64,000 bases of DNA from Clostridia bacterium (GTDB taxonomy: Bacteria; Bacillota; Clostridia; Christensenellales; CAG-138): the NCBI GenBank assembly GCA_017438865.1, contig JAFRUN010000058.1, positions 12,833 to 76,832 of the forward strand, written 5' to 3'. A program made the translations under genes and the position numbers. This document shows, one piece after another, positions 18,478 through 26,974 of this stretch (the stretch's first letter is position 1; each line of letters opens with the position of its first letter). Under the pieces are notes generated by a model, which did not search any database, was not told the origin of the DNA, and worked only from the letters and a program-made list of their open reading frames with translations.

Positions 18478-18480
18478 AAA

Positions 18481-19443
18481 ATGACGAAAATCGTTTATAA
18501 CGGAGAAACGGATCCGCGTCTGTGCAAAGACGTGATCGGCGCAACGGTCGCTTCGCTCGTCGACGGCGATCCGGACGTGATCTTTCTGGACGCAGACCTG
18601 ATGAGCTGCTCCGGCACGCTGAAATGGTCCAAGACGCATGGCGACCGCGCAATCGATTGCGGCATCGCGGAAGCAAACATGGCGGGCGTCGCGGCAGGTC
18701 TTGCCGCCGCGGGCTTCAAGCCGATCATCCACAGCTTCGGTACGTTCGCCTCGCGCCGCATCTATGACCAGATCTTCCTGTCCGGCGGCTATGCGAAGAA
18801 CGACATCACGGTCATCGGCACCGATCCCGGCGTCACCGCCACGATGAACGGCGGTACGCATATGCCGTTTGAGGACGTCGCGCTCTACAACGCGCTGCCC
18901 CACGCGACCGTGATCGATGCGTCCGATCCGACCTGTCTCGAAAGCGTGCTGCGCCAGTGCGTGAACCGCCCCGGCATCAAATACATCCGCGTCGGCAGAA
19001 AACAGTACGCGAAGATCTATGAGGAAGGCAGCGAGCTTCCGATCGGCAAAGCCGTCACGCTTCGCGAGGGCAAGGACGTCGTGATCTTTGCCGCGGGCAT
19101 CATGCTGCACGAAGCCATGAAGGCGGCGGCTTCCCTCGAAGCGCAGGGCGTTTCCGCCGCGGTCGTCGACTGCTTCACGATCAAGCCGATCGACGCCGAC
19201 GCCGTTGAAGCGTGGGCGAAGAAGTGCGGCGCGGTCGTCGTCGCGGAAAACGCAAACCGCCACGGCGGTCTCTACGACACGATCCTCGAAGTGCTCGCGG
19301 AGCGCTGCCCCATCCCCGCCGCCGTCGTCGCAGTCGAGGACGAGTTCGGTGAGGTCGGCACGCAGGGATACCTGCAGGAGCGCTTCGGTCTGACCGCCGC
19401 GCACATTGAAGAACAGGTCAGATCCGTACTTGCAAGAAAATAA
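18481..19443 (+). CDS. Transketolase, C-terminal (pyrimidine-binding plus C-terminal domain) subunit, copy 1
   Basis: DCGIAEANMAGVAAGLAAAGFKPIIHSFGTFASRRIYDQI. 320 aa, 3 nt after the N-terminal subunit gene. Confidence 0.9.
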   Translation: MTKIVYNGETDPRLCKDVIGATVASLVDGDPDVIFLDADLMSCSGTLKWSKTHGDRAIDCGIAEANMAGVAAGLAAAGFKPIIHSFGTFASRRIYDQIFLSGGYAKNDITVIGTDPGVTATMNGGTHMPFEDVALYNALPHATVIDASDPTCLESVLRQCVNRPGIKYIRVGRKQYAKIYEEGSELPIGKAVTLREGKDVVIFAAGIMLHEAMKAAASLEAQGVSAAVVDCFTIKPIDADAVEAWAKKCGAVVVAENANRHGGLYDTILEVLAERCPIPAAVVAVEDEFGEVGTQGYLQERFGLTAAHIEEQVRSVLARK

Positions 19444-19460
19444 CGGTAAGGAGATATTTC

Positions 19461-20633
19461 ATGGATTACGCAAAAGAATCGCTCCGTCTGCACGGAGAAT
19501 GGAAAGGCAAGATCGAAGTCATCGCAACGGTTCCGGTCGCCACGAAGGAAGACCTGAGTCTTGCTTACACTCCCGGCGTGGCGCAGCCGTGTCTGGAGAT
19601 CCAGAAGGACATCAACAAGAGCTACGAACTGACGCGCCGCCACAACCTCTGTGCCGTCATCACCGACGGCAGCGCGGTCCTCGGTCTCGGCGACATCGGT
19701 CCCGAAGCCGGTATGCCCGTGATGGAAGGCAAATGCGTGCTGTTCAAGTCGTTCGGCAACGTCGACGCGTTCCCGCTTTGCATCAAGACGCATGACGTGG
19801 ACGAGTTCGTCAACGCGGTATATCTGCTCTCCGGCAGCTTCGGCGGCATCAACCTCGAGGACATTTCGGCGCCCCGCTGCTTCGAGATCGAGCGCAAGCT
19901 CAAGGAAAAATGCGACATCCCGATCTTCCATGACGATCAGCACGGCACCGCGGTCATCACGCTCGCGGGGCTCACGAACGCTTTGAAGGTGGTCGGCAAG
20001 AAGAAGGAAGACGTCAAGGTCGTAACAAGCGGCGCAGGCGCGGCGGCGGTCTCGATCGTGAAGCTGCTCCTCTCCGCGGGCTTCAGAAACATCACCATGT
20101 GCGACCGCAAGGGCGCGATCTACAAGGGCCGCGAAGGCCTGAACTGGATCAAGGAGGAGATGGCGGAGGTCACGAACCTCGATCGGAAGCCCGGCACTTT
20201 GGCGGATCAGCTCGTCGGCGCGGACGTGTTCATCGGCGTTTCTGCGCCCGGCACGGTCACGACCGAGATGGTAAAGACCATGAACCGCGACGCGATCGTC
20301 TTTGCCTGCGCGAACCCGACGCCCGAGATCTTCCCGGACGACGCAAAAGCGGGCGGCGCAAAGGTCATCGCAACGGGCAGAAGCGATTATCCGAACCAGA
20401 TCAACAACGTTCTGGCGTTCCCGGGCATCTTCCGCGGCACGTTCGACGTCCGCGCAAGCGACATCAACGAAGAGATGAAGATGGCGGCGGCGAAGGCGCT
20501 TGCCGACCTGATCTCCGATGAAGAGCTCTCCCCGGACTACATCATTCCGAAGGCGTTCGATCCGCGCGTGGGCAAAGCCGTCGCGGCGGCGGTCGCGGAA
20601 GCGGCAAGACGCAGCGGCGTCGCCAGGATCTGA
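19461..20633 (+). CDS. NAD(P)-dependent malic enzyme (short, MaeB-N-type)
   Basis: LSLAYTPGVAQPC, VITDGSAVLGLGDIGPEAGMPVMEGKCVLFK and VVTSGAGAAAVS. 390 aa. Confidence 0.9.
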   Translation: MDYAKESLRLHGEWKGKIEVIATVPVATKEDLSLAYTPGVAQPCLEIQKDINKSYELTRRHNLCAVITDGSAVLGLGDIGPEAGMPVMEGKCVLFKSFGNVDAFPLCIKTHDVDEFVNAVYLLSGSFGGINLEDISAPRCFEIERKLKEKCDIPIFHDDQHGTAVITLAGLTNALKVVGKKKEDVKVVTSGAGAAAVSIVKLLLSAGFRNITMCDRKGAIYKGREGLNWIKEEMAEVTNLDRKPGTLADQLVGADVFIGVSAPGTVTTEMVKTMNRDAIVFACANPTPEIFPDDAKAGGAKVIATGRSDYPNQINNVLAFPGIFRGTFDVRASDINEEMKMAAAKALADLISDEELSPDYIIPKAFDPRVGKAVAAAVAEAARRSGVARI

Positions 20634-20648
20634 TCACACAGGCACACA

Positions 20649-20677
20649 AAAAGCAGGCGGTCACCGCCTGCTTTTTT
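20649..20677. terminator. Bidirectional rho-independent terminator
   Basis: GCAGGCGG-TCA-CCGCCTGC, flanked by an A-run upstream and TTTTTT downstream. It lies between convergent genes. Confidence 0.8.
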
Positions 20678-20686
20678 CGTGTGTTT

Positions 20687-21355
20687 TCAGATCTTCAGCG
20701 TCAGATTTTCGCCCGTGATGCCGACGAACGCGCCCTTTTCCGCCTGCGGGGAATCCGGATGGCACAGAAGCCACTTGTTTTGCATCCAGAGCAGTCCCGC
20801 TTCGCCCGGCGCGGATGTGTCGACCGCGGGGAGAGGCGCATTTGTGCCGCGTTCGAGCACGACGAGACAGTTGAAGCCGGATTCATTGATGCGGCACGGT
20901 GCAAAATGCAGCACGCGCGGGAAAATCTCGACAAGCGTTTCGGGCGGCAGATAAAAGCCCTTGACGTCGCGCGAATCGAGCGTGCGGTCATGCACGTCCG
21001 ATGGCAGCGCGAGCAGCAGCACCAGCCCGGTCGTCGAGTAGTTGACCTCGCTGCACTTGTGGTACTCCTCCGCGTTCAGCGTAAACCCTCTGCCGTTGCA
21101 GAAGCCCGCCTGCACCGGCATGCCGCCGTAAACGGTCCTTCCGACCGTCTGCACGGCGTCGAGCGCTTCGAGCGCCGGTTCCGACGCGACGTAACGGTTC
21201 CCGCCTTCAGGAATGCCGGTCCCTTCCACCGCGTGCGAAAGCGCGTCCGTCCCCTCGCATGCAAGCACCTGTCCGTATGGCGCAAACGCCGGATCCGTCA
21301 CACAGAACAGCGGAAGGTCCGGGTTCTTCCCGCGAAGCCGATCGAGCGTATTCAT
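20687..21355 (-). CDS. DUF4867-like protein (cupin-like; unknown function)
   Basis: 222 aa. The N-terminus ...LFCVTDPAFAPYGQVL and the overall size and composition resemble the DUF4867 family as I remember it. It is the last gene of the tightly coupled sugar operon. Confidence 0.5.
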   Translation of the reverse strand: MNTLDRLRGKNPDLPLFCVTDPAFAPYGQVLACEGTDALSHAVEGTGIPEGGNRYVASEPALEALDAVQTVGRTVYGGMPVQAGFCNGRGFTLNAEEYHKCSEVNYSTTGLVLLLALPSDVHDRTLDSRDVKGFYLPPETLVEIFPRVLHFAPCRINESGFNCLVVLERGTNAPLPAVDTSAPGEAGLLWMQNKWLLCHPDSPQAEKGAFVGITGENLTLKI

Positions 21356-22572
21356 TCGGTCATTCCTCCGTTTTTGTAAAAATGTATCGTATACAGAAGC
21401 GCAGCCGCTTTCTCCTCGAGCCGGCCGTTGAAACGGCTCTTTTCCATCGGAACCGTATGTGCCGCGTCGACGCCGACGTCCGTTTCCGCGGACAGGCGGG
21501 ACAGGAAATACGGATGTTCAAAAATGTCCCCGTACAGAACGATCTTGCCCGGGTCGAACAGATACACGACGCTCTTCAGCGCGTCCGCCAGCGCCTCCGC
21601 CGCACGGTCCGCGATCTTCGCCGCGCCCGCGTCGCCGCCGCGCGCCGCATCCAGCACGAGCGCGGTCGTGACCGCGCCGCGGTTTCCGTTCGCCATCTGA
21701 TAAAGCAGCGGCGTTTCCGTTTCGGAAAAGGCCGCCTGCGCGTCCTCACGGATCGCCGCGGGCGACGCGATCGTTTCGAGACAGCCGGACTTGCCGCAAT
21801 GGCACGGCTTCCCGCCGCGCCGGATCACCGGGATATGCCCGATCTCTGCGCACTGTCTGCGGTCGCCCTCCAGGACTTCGCCGTTGACGGAAAACGCGGC
21901 GCCGATGCCCGTTCCGCAGCGCAGAAAGAACCGGCTCTCCCCCTTGTCGTCGCGCGAGAGAAACATTTGCGCCAGCAACAGCGCGCGAACGTTGTTGGAC
22001 AGCACCGAGGAAAACCCCGTATACGCTTCGAACCGGTCGCAGACCGGAAAATCGGGCGTGTCCAGCGCGTCGAAACTGGTCTTTACGGAGCGTCCGTCCG
22101 CGCCGATCACACCGCGCATCGCAATGCCGAGCCCGAGGATCGTTTTTCGATCGATCCTTTGAAGCTCCAATACCGCAAGCAGCCGTTCGGAAAGCATCCG
22201 GACCGTTTGTTCCGCCGGCGCGCACACCGGCAGCGGCACCGGTTCATAAAAAAGTGTTTCGCCGTCGAGCCGGACGCCCGACAGAATCGCCTGACCGAGA
22301 CCGATCCAAACGCCGAGCGTACAGAATGCGTCCGCATTGAGCCGCAGACGGATCTCCCGCCGTCCCGCGCCGCCCGAAGCAAGCAGACCGTCCTCAAAGA
22401 CAAGCCCTTCACGGATCAGCTCCGCGGCGATCTTCGTCATCGCGGCGGGCGTCAGTCCGAGCATCGATGCAAGGCGTTTTCTCGAGAGACCGCCGTACCG
22501 GTGCAGACACCGCAAAACCGCGGCGCGGTTCTGCCGCTTCAGCCCGATCATGTTGTCGCCTTCGGTTCTCAT
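21352..22572 (-). CDS. ROK-family transcriptional regulator
   Basis: The N-terminal wHTH (NRAAVLRCLHRYGGLSRKRLASMLGLTPAAMTKIAAELIREGLV) is followed by a ROK sugar-kinase-like domain with the zinc motif CHCGKSGCLE. Confidence 0.85.
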   Translation of the reverse strand: MRTEGDNMIGLKRQNRAAVLRCLHRYGGLSRKRLASMLGLTPAAMTKIAAELIREGLVFEDGLLASGGAGRREIRLRLNADAFCTLGVWIGLGQAILSGVRLDGETLFYEPVPLPVCAPAEQTVRMLSERLLAVLELQRIDRKTILGLGIAMRGVIGADGRSVKTSFDALDTPDFPVCDRFEAYTGFSSVLSNNVRALLLAQMFLSRDDKGESRFFLRCGTGIGAAFSVNGEVLEGDRRQCAEIGHIPVIRRGGKPCHCGKSGCLETIASPAAIREDAQAAFSETETPLLYQMANGNRGAVTTALVLDAARGGDAGAAKIADRAAEALADALKSVVYLFDPGKIVLYGDIFEHPYFLSRLSAETDVGVDAAHTVPMEKSRFNGRLEEKAAALLYTIHFYKNGGMTE

Positions 22573-23496
22573 TTACGCGTCCTCCTTTTTCGGTTTCTCC
22601 TCCGGATGCAGTTTCCCGCGCAAGAGGATGATCCCCGCGCCGATCAGTACCACGCCGATGCCGACGAGTTTCCATACCGTCGGTTCCTCTTTGAGAAAGA
22701 GTACACCGACGATGCAGCTCAGAACCGGCATCAAAAGAAGCCAGAGCTTGACAACCCAGACCTCATGGCGTTTGAGATTCCGGTAGTAGAAAAAGTAGAT
22801 CCCGGTCTGCGCAAGTCCGCCCAAAGCCGCCAGCCACCAGAAGCCGGGCGTTTCGGATGGCTTCAGCGCGGCAAGGTCGCCGCGCGATACCGCAAACAGC
22901 GCGAACAGAAGCAGAACGACGAAGTTGTTGTAATACGAGATCGTGTCCGCCTTCCGGTTGTGTTTGTCCTGCGCCGTTTTGATGATGAACGCGTTTGCCG
23001 TGACGCACGCCGCGCTCGCGAGAAAGAACAGATCCGTCGGGCGGAAGGTCAGCGCGGAAAAGTCCAGTCCGAGCACGAGCAGCACGCCGAACAGCATCAG
23101 AATGCTGCCGATCCAGTCCGTCGCGTACAGACGCTTGCGGTAAATCGCCACCGTCAGCAGGTTTACCATCAGCACGTCGGTTTTCAGAAGCGCCGTTCCG
23201 GTGCCGAGCGAGCCGCCCGCGGCGTAGCCGAGGTTTGCGAACAGGTCCAGAAGGAAGCCGAACACGCCGATGATCACAAGGATCACCGTCGCTCTCCCCT
23301 GCCGGAAAAGGTCTTTGAAACCGCCGGTCACGGCAAGCTGCACGGTGAGGAAGACGAGCGCCGCCGCGCGCAGCAGAAAGCCCGCCGCGTACGGGGAGTT
23401 CGTCACGTCCACCATGTATTTGCTGACCGCGTAGTAGATCGTCCACGCGATCACCATGCCGGCGATCATGCCGACGTCCTTCAAACGACCTTTCAT
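22573..23496 (-). CDS. DMT-superfamily (EamA-like) transporter; candidate product exporter
   Basis: 307 aa, 10 predicted TM segments, two EamA-type halves. Confidence 0.75.
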   Translation of the reverse strand: MKGRLKDVGMIAGMVIAWTIYYAVSKYMVDVTNSPYAAGFLLRAAALVFLTVQLAVTGGFKDLFRQGRATVILVIIGVFGFLLDLFANLGYAAGGSLGTGTALLKTDVLMVNLLTVAIYRKRLYATDWIGSILMLFGVLLVLGLDFSALTFRPTDLFFLASAACVTANAFIIKTAQDKHNRKADTISYYNNFVVLLLFALFAVSRGDLAALKPSETPGFWWLAALGGLAQTGIYFFYYRNLKRHEVWVVKLWLLLMPVLSCIVGVLFLKEEPTVWKLVGIGVVLIGAGIILLRGKLHPEEKPKKEDA

Positions 23497-24590
23497 TTCA
23501 GCGCTTCAAACATATTCCGCAGCGCAGCTTCATCCATCGCCACGGGATTGTTCCGCATCAGCGGGTGCTTCGCCGCGTCGCGGCAGAGCTTGTCCATATC
23601 CACCTCGCCGAGATCGGCAAGCGTCATTCGGAGACCGGCGAGCTTTTTCAGCGTCTTGATGCGTTCGGCAAGCTCTTCCGTGCCGGACAGCCCCGCCTTT
23701 TTGCAGAGCGTTTCCAGCCGCTCGTCGGCGTTGATGCGCACGAAGCTGTCGAGCGTGAACGCGCACGCCTCGCCGTGCGGCAGATGATAATCCTCGGACA
23801 GCGGATAGCTGCACGCATGGCTGCCCGCGGTCTTGGGAAGCGCAAAGCTCATGCCGCCGAGCAGTGCCGCAAGCGACATGTTTTCGCGCGCAGCAAGGTT
23901 CGATCCGTCGCGGTACGCCGTTTCGAGGTTTTCGAGCACGAGACGGACCGCTTCGATCGCGCAGAGGTCGGAGATCGGCTGATGGTTTTTGCTCCAGTAT
24001 CCTTCGAGCGCATGCGCCATCGCGTCGAGACCGGTGTTCATCGTCGTGCGCGGCGGCACGGTCAGCGTCAGCTCGGGATCGACGATCGCCAGCGTCGGCA
24101 TAAAGACCGGATCGTTGATCGTCTTTTTCTCCCTGCCGCAGCTGATGACCGAGACCTGCGTGACCTCGCTGCCGGTACCCGCGGTGGTCGGCACCGCGAT
24201 CATCGGAAAACGCGTTTTGGGGAACGGAATCCCGCCCCGAAAGCACGCAAGCGCGTCGGCGTTTTCCCGCGCGATCGCCGCCGTGAACTTCGCCGTATCC
24301 ATCGTGCTGCCGCCGCCGATACCGACGACCGCGTCCGCATGCGTTTCGCGGACGAGCTTCGCCGCTTCGATCACGCCGCGAAGCTGCGGGTTTTCTTCCA
24401 CATCGGAAAAGACCGCGGCGATCTCGGGGATCTCCTTTTGCATCGCTTCAACGGCCGGGCGCAAAAACCGGTCGCACACGACCAGGCAGCGCGTCGCGCC
24501 GATCGAACGGATCTCCCCGCCGAGCGAGCGGATGCTGCCGCAGCCGAAGCGGATCTTGACCGGCTGCCGGTACAAAAACTCAAGCGCCAT
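23493..24590 (-). CDS. Iron-containing (group III) alcohol dehydrogenase; candidate aldehyde reductase of the pathway
   Basis: AVVGIGGGSTMDTAKF (GGGS NAD motif), and metal ligands in ...GLDAMAHALE... and ...SHACSYPL...HGEAC. The start is set at the internal ATG 24590 (MALEFLYRQP). Confidence 0.85.
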   Translation of the reverse strand: MALEFLYRQPVKIRFGCGSIRSLGGEIRSIGATRCLVVCDRFLRPAVEAMQKEIPEIAAVFSDVEENPQLRGVIEAAKLVRETHADAVVGIGGGSTMDTAKFTAAIARENADALACFRGGIPFPKTRFPMIAVPTTAGTGSEVTQVSVISCGREKKTINDPVFMPTLAIVDPELTLTVPPRTTMNTGLDAMAHALEGYWSKNHQPISDLCAIEAVRLVLENLETAYRDGSNLAARENMSLAALLGGMSFALPKTAGSHACSYPLSEDYHLPHGEACAFTLDSFVRINADERLETLCKKAGLSGTEELAERIKTLKKLAGLRMTLADLGEVDMDKLCRDAAKHPLMRNNPVAMDEAALRNMFEALK

Positions 24591-25056
24591 AGATCCCGTC
24601 CTCGATCTTTTTGACCTCAGCGGCAAACTTATGCATATTCACCGCGCGCCAGTCCTCCAGGTCCTGACACCATTCGGTAGCAAGGAACGTCCTGACCATC
24701 TCGATCGCCATTTCGGGACCGACGATCCATCCGCCCATGCACAGCACGTTCGCATTGTTGATCGCGCGCGCCATCTTGGCGGAATAAACGCCCTCGCACG
24801 CGACGGCGTGAACGCCCCTGAACTTGTTCGACACCACACACATTCCCGCGCCGGTGCCGCAGATCAGGATCGCCTTTTCATAGGTCCCGTTCTGCACGAG
24901 CGGCGCAACGTCGCCCGCGACGCGGTAGTAGGGATGCACGTCGTTCAGATCGACGGTGCCGAGATCGTCGAATCCGATCCCCGCTTCGCAAAGATACGCC
25001 TTGACCGCTTCCTTGACGGCAAAGCCGGACTTATCGCTTCCGATTGCAAGTTTCAT
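24580..25056 (-). CDS. rpiB: RpiB/LacAB-family sugar(-phosphate) aldose-ketose isomerase
   Basis: MKLAIGSDKSGF...AILICGTGAGMCVVSNKFRGVHAV...NANVLCMGG. 158 aa. Confidence 0.85.
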   Translation of the reverse strand: MKLAIGSDKSGFAVKEAVKAYLCEAGIGFDDLGTVDLNDVHPYYRVAGDVAPLVQNGTYEKAILICGTGAGMCVVSNKFRGVHAVACEGVYSAKMARAINNANVLCMGGWIVGPEMAIEMVRTFLATEWCQDLEDWRAVNMHKFAAEVKKIEDGIYGA

Positions 25057-25071
25057 GGTTTTTATCCTCCC

Positions 25072-26001
25072 TTATTTGAGCGTGACCGCACGTTTTGCGG
25101 TTTTGATGATGTTTTCAACGGTCAGTCCCGTAACTTCGCGAAGATACGGGAGCTTGCCGACCTCGCCGAACCGGTCCCGAATGCCGACGGCGCAGACCGG
25201 GATCTTTTCCTCTGCAAGCGCCTCGAGCACCGCGGAATGCAGTCCGCCGATGACGTTGTGGTTCTCGACCGTCAGCACAGCGCCGGTCTTTTTCGCCGAC
25301 GCGAGCACCGCTTCGCGGTCGATCGGCTTGATCGTGTGCACGTTCAGCACGTCGCAGGAGACGCCCTCCGCTTTCAGCGCGTCCGCCGCGTCCAGCACGT
25401 CTTTGATCAGCATGCCGGAAACGAAGATCGAAAGGTCCGTTCCCTCGCGCAAGACGTCCGCCTTGAACAGATCGAAGGTATAGTCTTCGGGGAACACCGT
25501 CGGCAGCTCCTTCCGGAACAGACGCACATAAACCGCGCCGTAATAATCGTTCAGCGCCGGCATCGCCGCTTTCAGCTGCACGCCGTCGACCGGCTCGAAA
25601 ATGACCATCCCCGGGATCGAGCGCAGAACGCCGATGTCCTCCATGCTCATGTGTGTTCCGCCGTTGAGCTCTGCGGAGATACCAGGATCGGTGCCGATGA
25701 TCTTCACGTTCTGCTTTGCGTACGCGATCGAGATCGCGATCTGGTCGCAGATGCGGCGGGACGCAAACGGCGTAAAGCTCTCGATCCACGGCTTGAACCC
25801 GTAACTAGAAAGCCCCGCCGCGATCGACGCCATGTTCTGTTCGGCGACGCCGCAGTCAAAGATCCGATCCGAAAAGCGCTCGCGCAGCTTGATCGTGCCG
25901 CTCGCCTTCGCAAGGTCCGCGTCCAGCAGCACGATGTGCCGGTCGGCTTCCATCAGTTTTGCGAGACATTCCGCATAAATCGCTCTCATTTCCATGTTCA
26001 T
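25072..26001 (-). CDS. Transketolase, C-terminal subunit, copy 2 (pathway-associated)
   Basis: DCGVAEQNMASIAAGLSSYGFKPWIESFTPFASRRICDQI. 309 aa, with a 4-nt overlap with the N-terminal subunit gene. Confidence 0.9.
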   Translation of the reverse strand: MNMEMRAIYAECLAKLMEADRHIVLLDADLAKASGTIKLRERFSDRIFDCGVAEQNMASIAAGLSSYGFKPWIESFTPFASRRICDQIAISIAYAKQNVKIIGTDPGISAELNGGTHMSMEDIGVLRSIPGMVIFEPVDGVQLKAAMPALNDYYGAVYVRLFRKELPTVFPEDYTFDLFKADVLREGTDLSIFVSGMLIKDVLDAADALKAEGVSCDVLNVHTIKPIDREAVLASAKKTGAVLTVENHNVIGGLHSAVLEALAEEKIPVCAVGIRDRFGEVGKLPYLREVTGLTVENIIKTAKRAVTLK

Positions 26002-26870
26002 GCCTCCCCTCTCAAATCACGGATCGCCGCTTCCGCCTGCTCCATCGTGAGGTTCGTGTTGTGATTTCCGGTGCCGAGATCCTCGATCCACTTGACGCCG
26101 CAGCCCTTCCTGGTGTTCAGGATCACCATCGTGGGCTTTCCGGAACCGATCCCGAGCTTCGCATGCCCGACCGCCGCCTGCACCTGCTCGATATCGTTGC
26201 CGTCCTCGACGTCGATCACGTTCCAGCCGAACGCCGCCCATTTTTCACCGAGCGGCGCGATGTCGTTGACTTCCGCGACCGTGCCGTCGATCTGCAGTTT
26301 GTTGTAATCGGTAAACGCGATCAGGTTGTCGAGCTTCTTTGCCGCCGCGAACATCGCCGCTTCCCAGATCTGTCCCTCCTGGCTTTCGCCGTCGCCGATC
26401 AGCGTATAGATCGTCGCGCCGTCGTTTTCGAGCTTGCTGCCCAGCGCCGCGCCGACCGCGCAGGAAAAGCCCTGTCCCAGAGATCCCGTCGTCATGTCGA
26501 CGCCGATCGTGCGGTTCATGTCGCAATGGCTCGGCAGGTTCGTGCCGCCGCGGTTCAGCGTCAGAAGCTCCTTTTTGTCGAAATAGCCGCGGTTTGCGAG
26601 CGCTGCGTAAACCGCCGGACCTGCGTGTCCCTTGGAGCAGATAAAGCGGTCGCGTCCCGCTTTTTTCGGCTCCTTCGGATCGACGTTCATTTCCTCAAAA
26701 TACAGAACCGTCAGCAGCTCGACGACCGACAGACAGCCGCCGATATGCCCGACGCCGAGGTTTCCGATGCTCATCAGTACGTCGCAGCGAATATCCTTTG
26801 CAATTTCCTTCAAATCCGTTTTCAAGTCCCTGTTCTCCTCTATTTGATTAAATTTGTTAACCAATTTCAT
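25998..26870 (-). CDS. Transketolase, N-terminal subunit, copy 2 (pathway-associated)
   Basis: VGHIGGCLS, SKGHAGPAVYA, GSLGQG and GDGESQEGQIWE. The start is taken as ATG 26870 (MKLVNKF...). The TTG at 26897 offered by the track coincides with a TTGACA box. Confidence 0.85.
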   Translation of the reverse strand: MKLVNKFNQIEENRDLKTDLKEIAKDIRCDVLMSIGNLGVGHIGGCLSVVELLTVLYFEEMNVDPKEPKKAGRDRFICSKGHAGPAVYAALANRGYFDKKELLTLNRGGTNLPSHCDMNRTIGVDMTTGSLGQGFSCAVGAALGSKLENDGATIYTLIGDGESQEGQIWEAAMFAAAKKLDNLIAFTDYNKLQIDGTVAEVNDIAPLGEKWAAFGWNVIDVEDGNDIEQVQAAVGHAKLGIGSGKPTMVILNTRKGCGVKWIEDLGTGNHNTNLTMEQAEAAIRDLRGEA

Positions 26871-26907
26871 TTTATCCGCGCATGCCGCGATTGTCAAGGG
26901 AAAAACA

Positions 26908-26936
26908 TTGACTTTTTACGGTGTTTGGATTATGAT
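26908..26936 (+). promoter_or_regulatory. Promoter of the isomerase / PNP-like operon
   Basis: TTGACT-17 nt-TATGAT in the divergent intergenic region, about 39 nt upstream of ATG 26975. Confidence 0.5.
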
Positions 26937-26974
26937 TGATTAAAAATATGAAATAATACGGAGGACGGTATTTC

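Noticed and set aside
17542-19404. 620-aa minus-strand ORF
   Set aside because: It is antisense to the first transketolase pair. It shows the Arg/Ala/Asp/His-rich low-complexity translation typical of the reverse frame of GC3-rich genes, with no RBS or motifs.
21259-26064. Very long plus-strand ORFs: 21259-23787 (842 aa), 23565-24614 (349 aa) and 23989-26064 (691 aa)
   Set aside because: All are antisense to the tightly coupled ROK / DMT / Fe-ADH / RpiB / transketolase operon. Their translations are Arg/His/Asp-rich with no recognisable domains.
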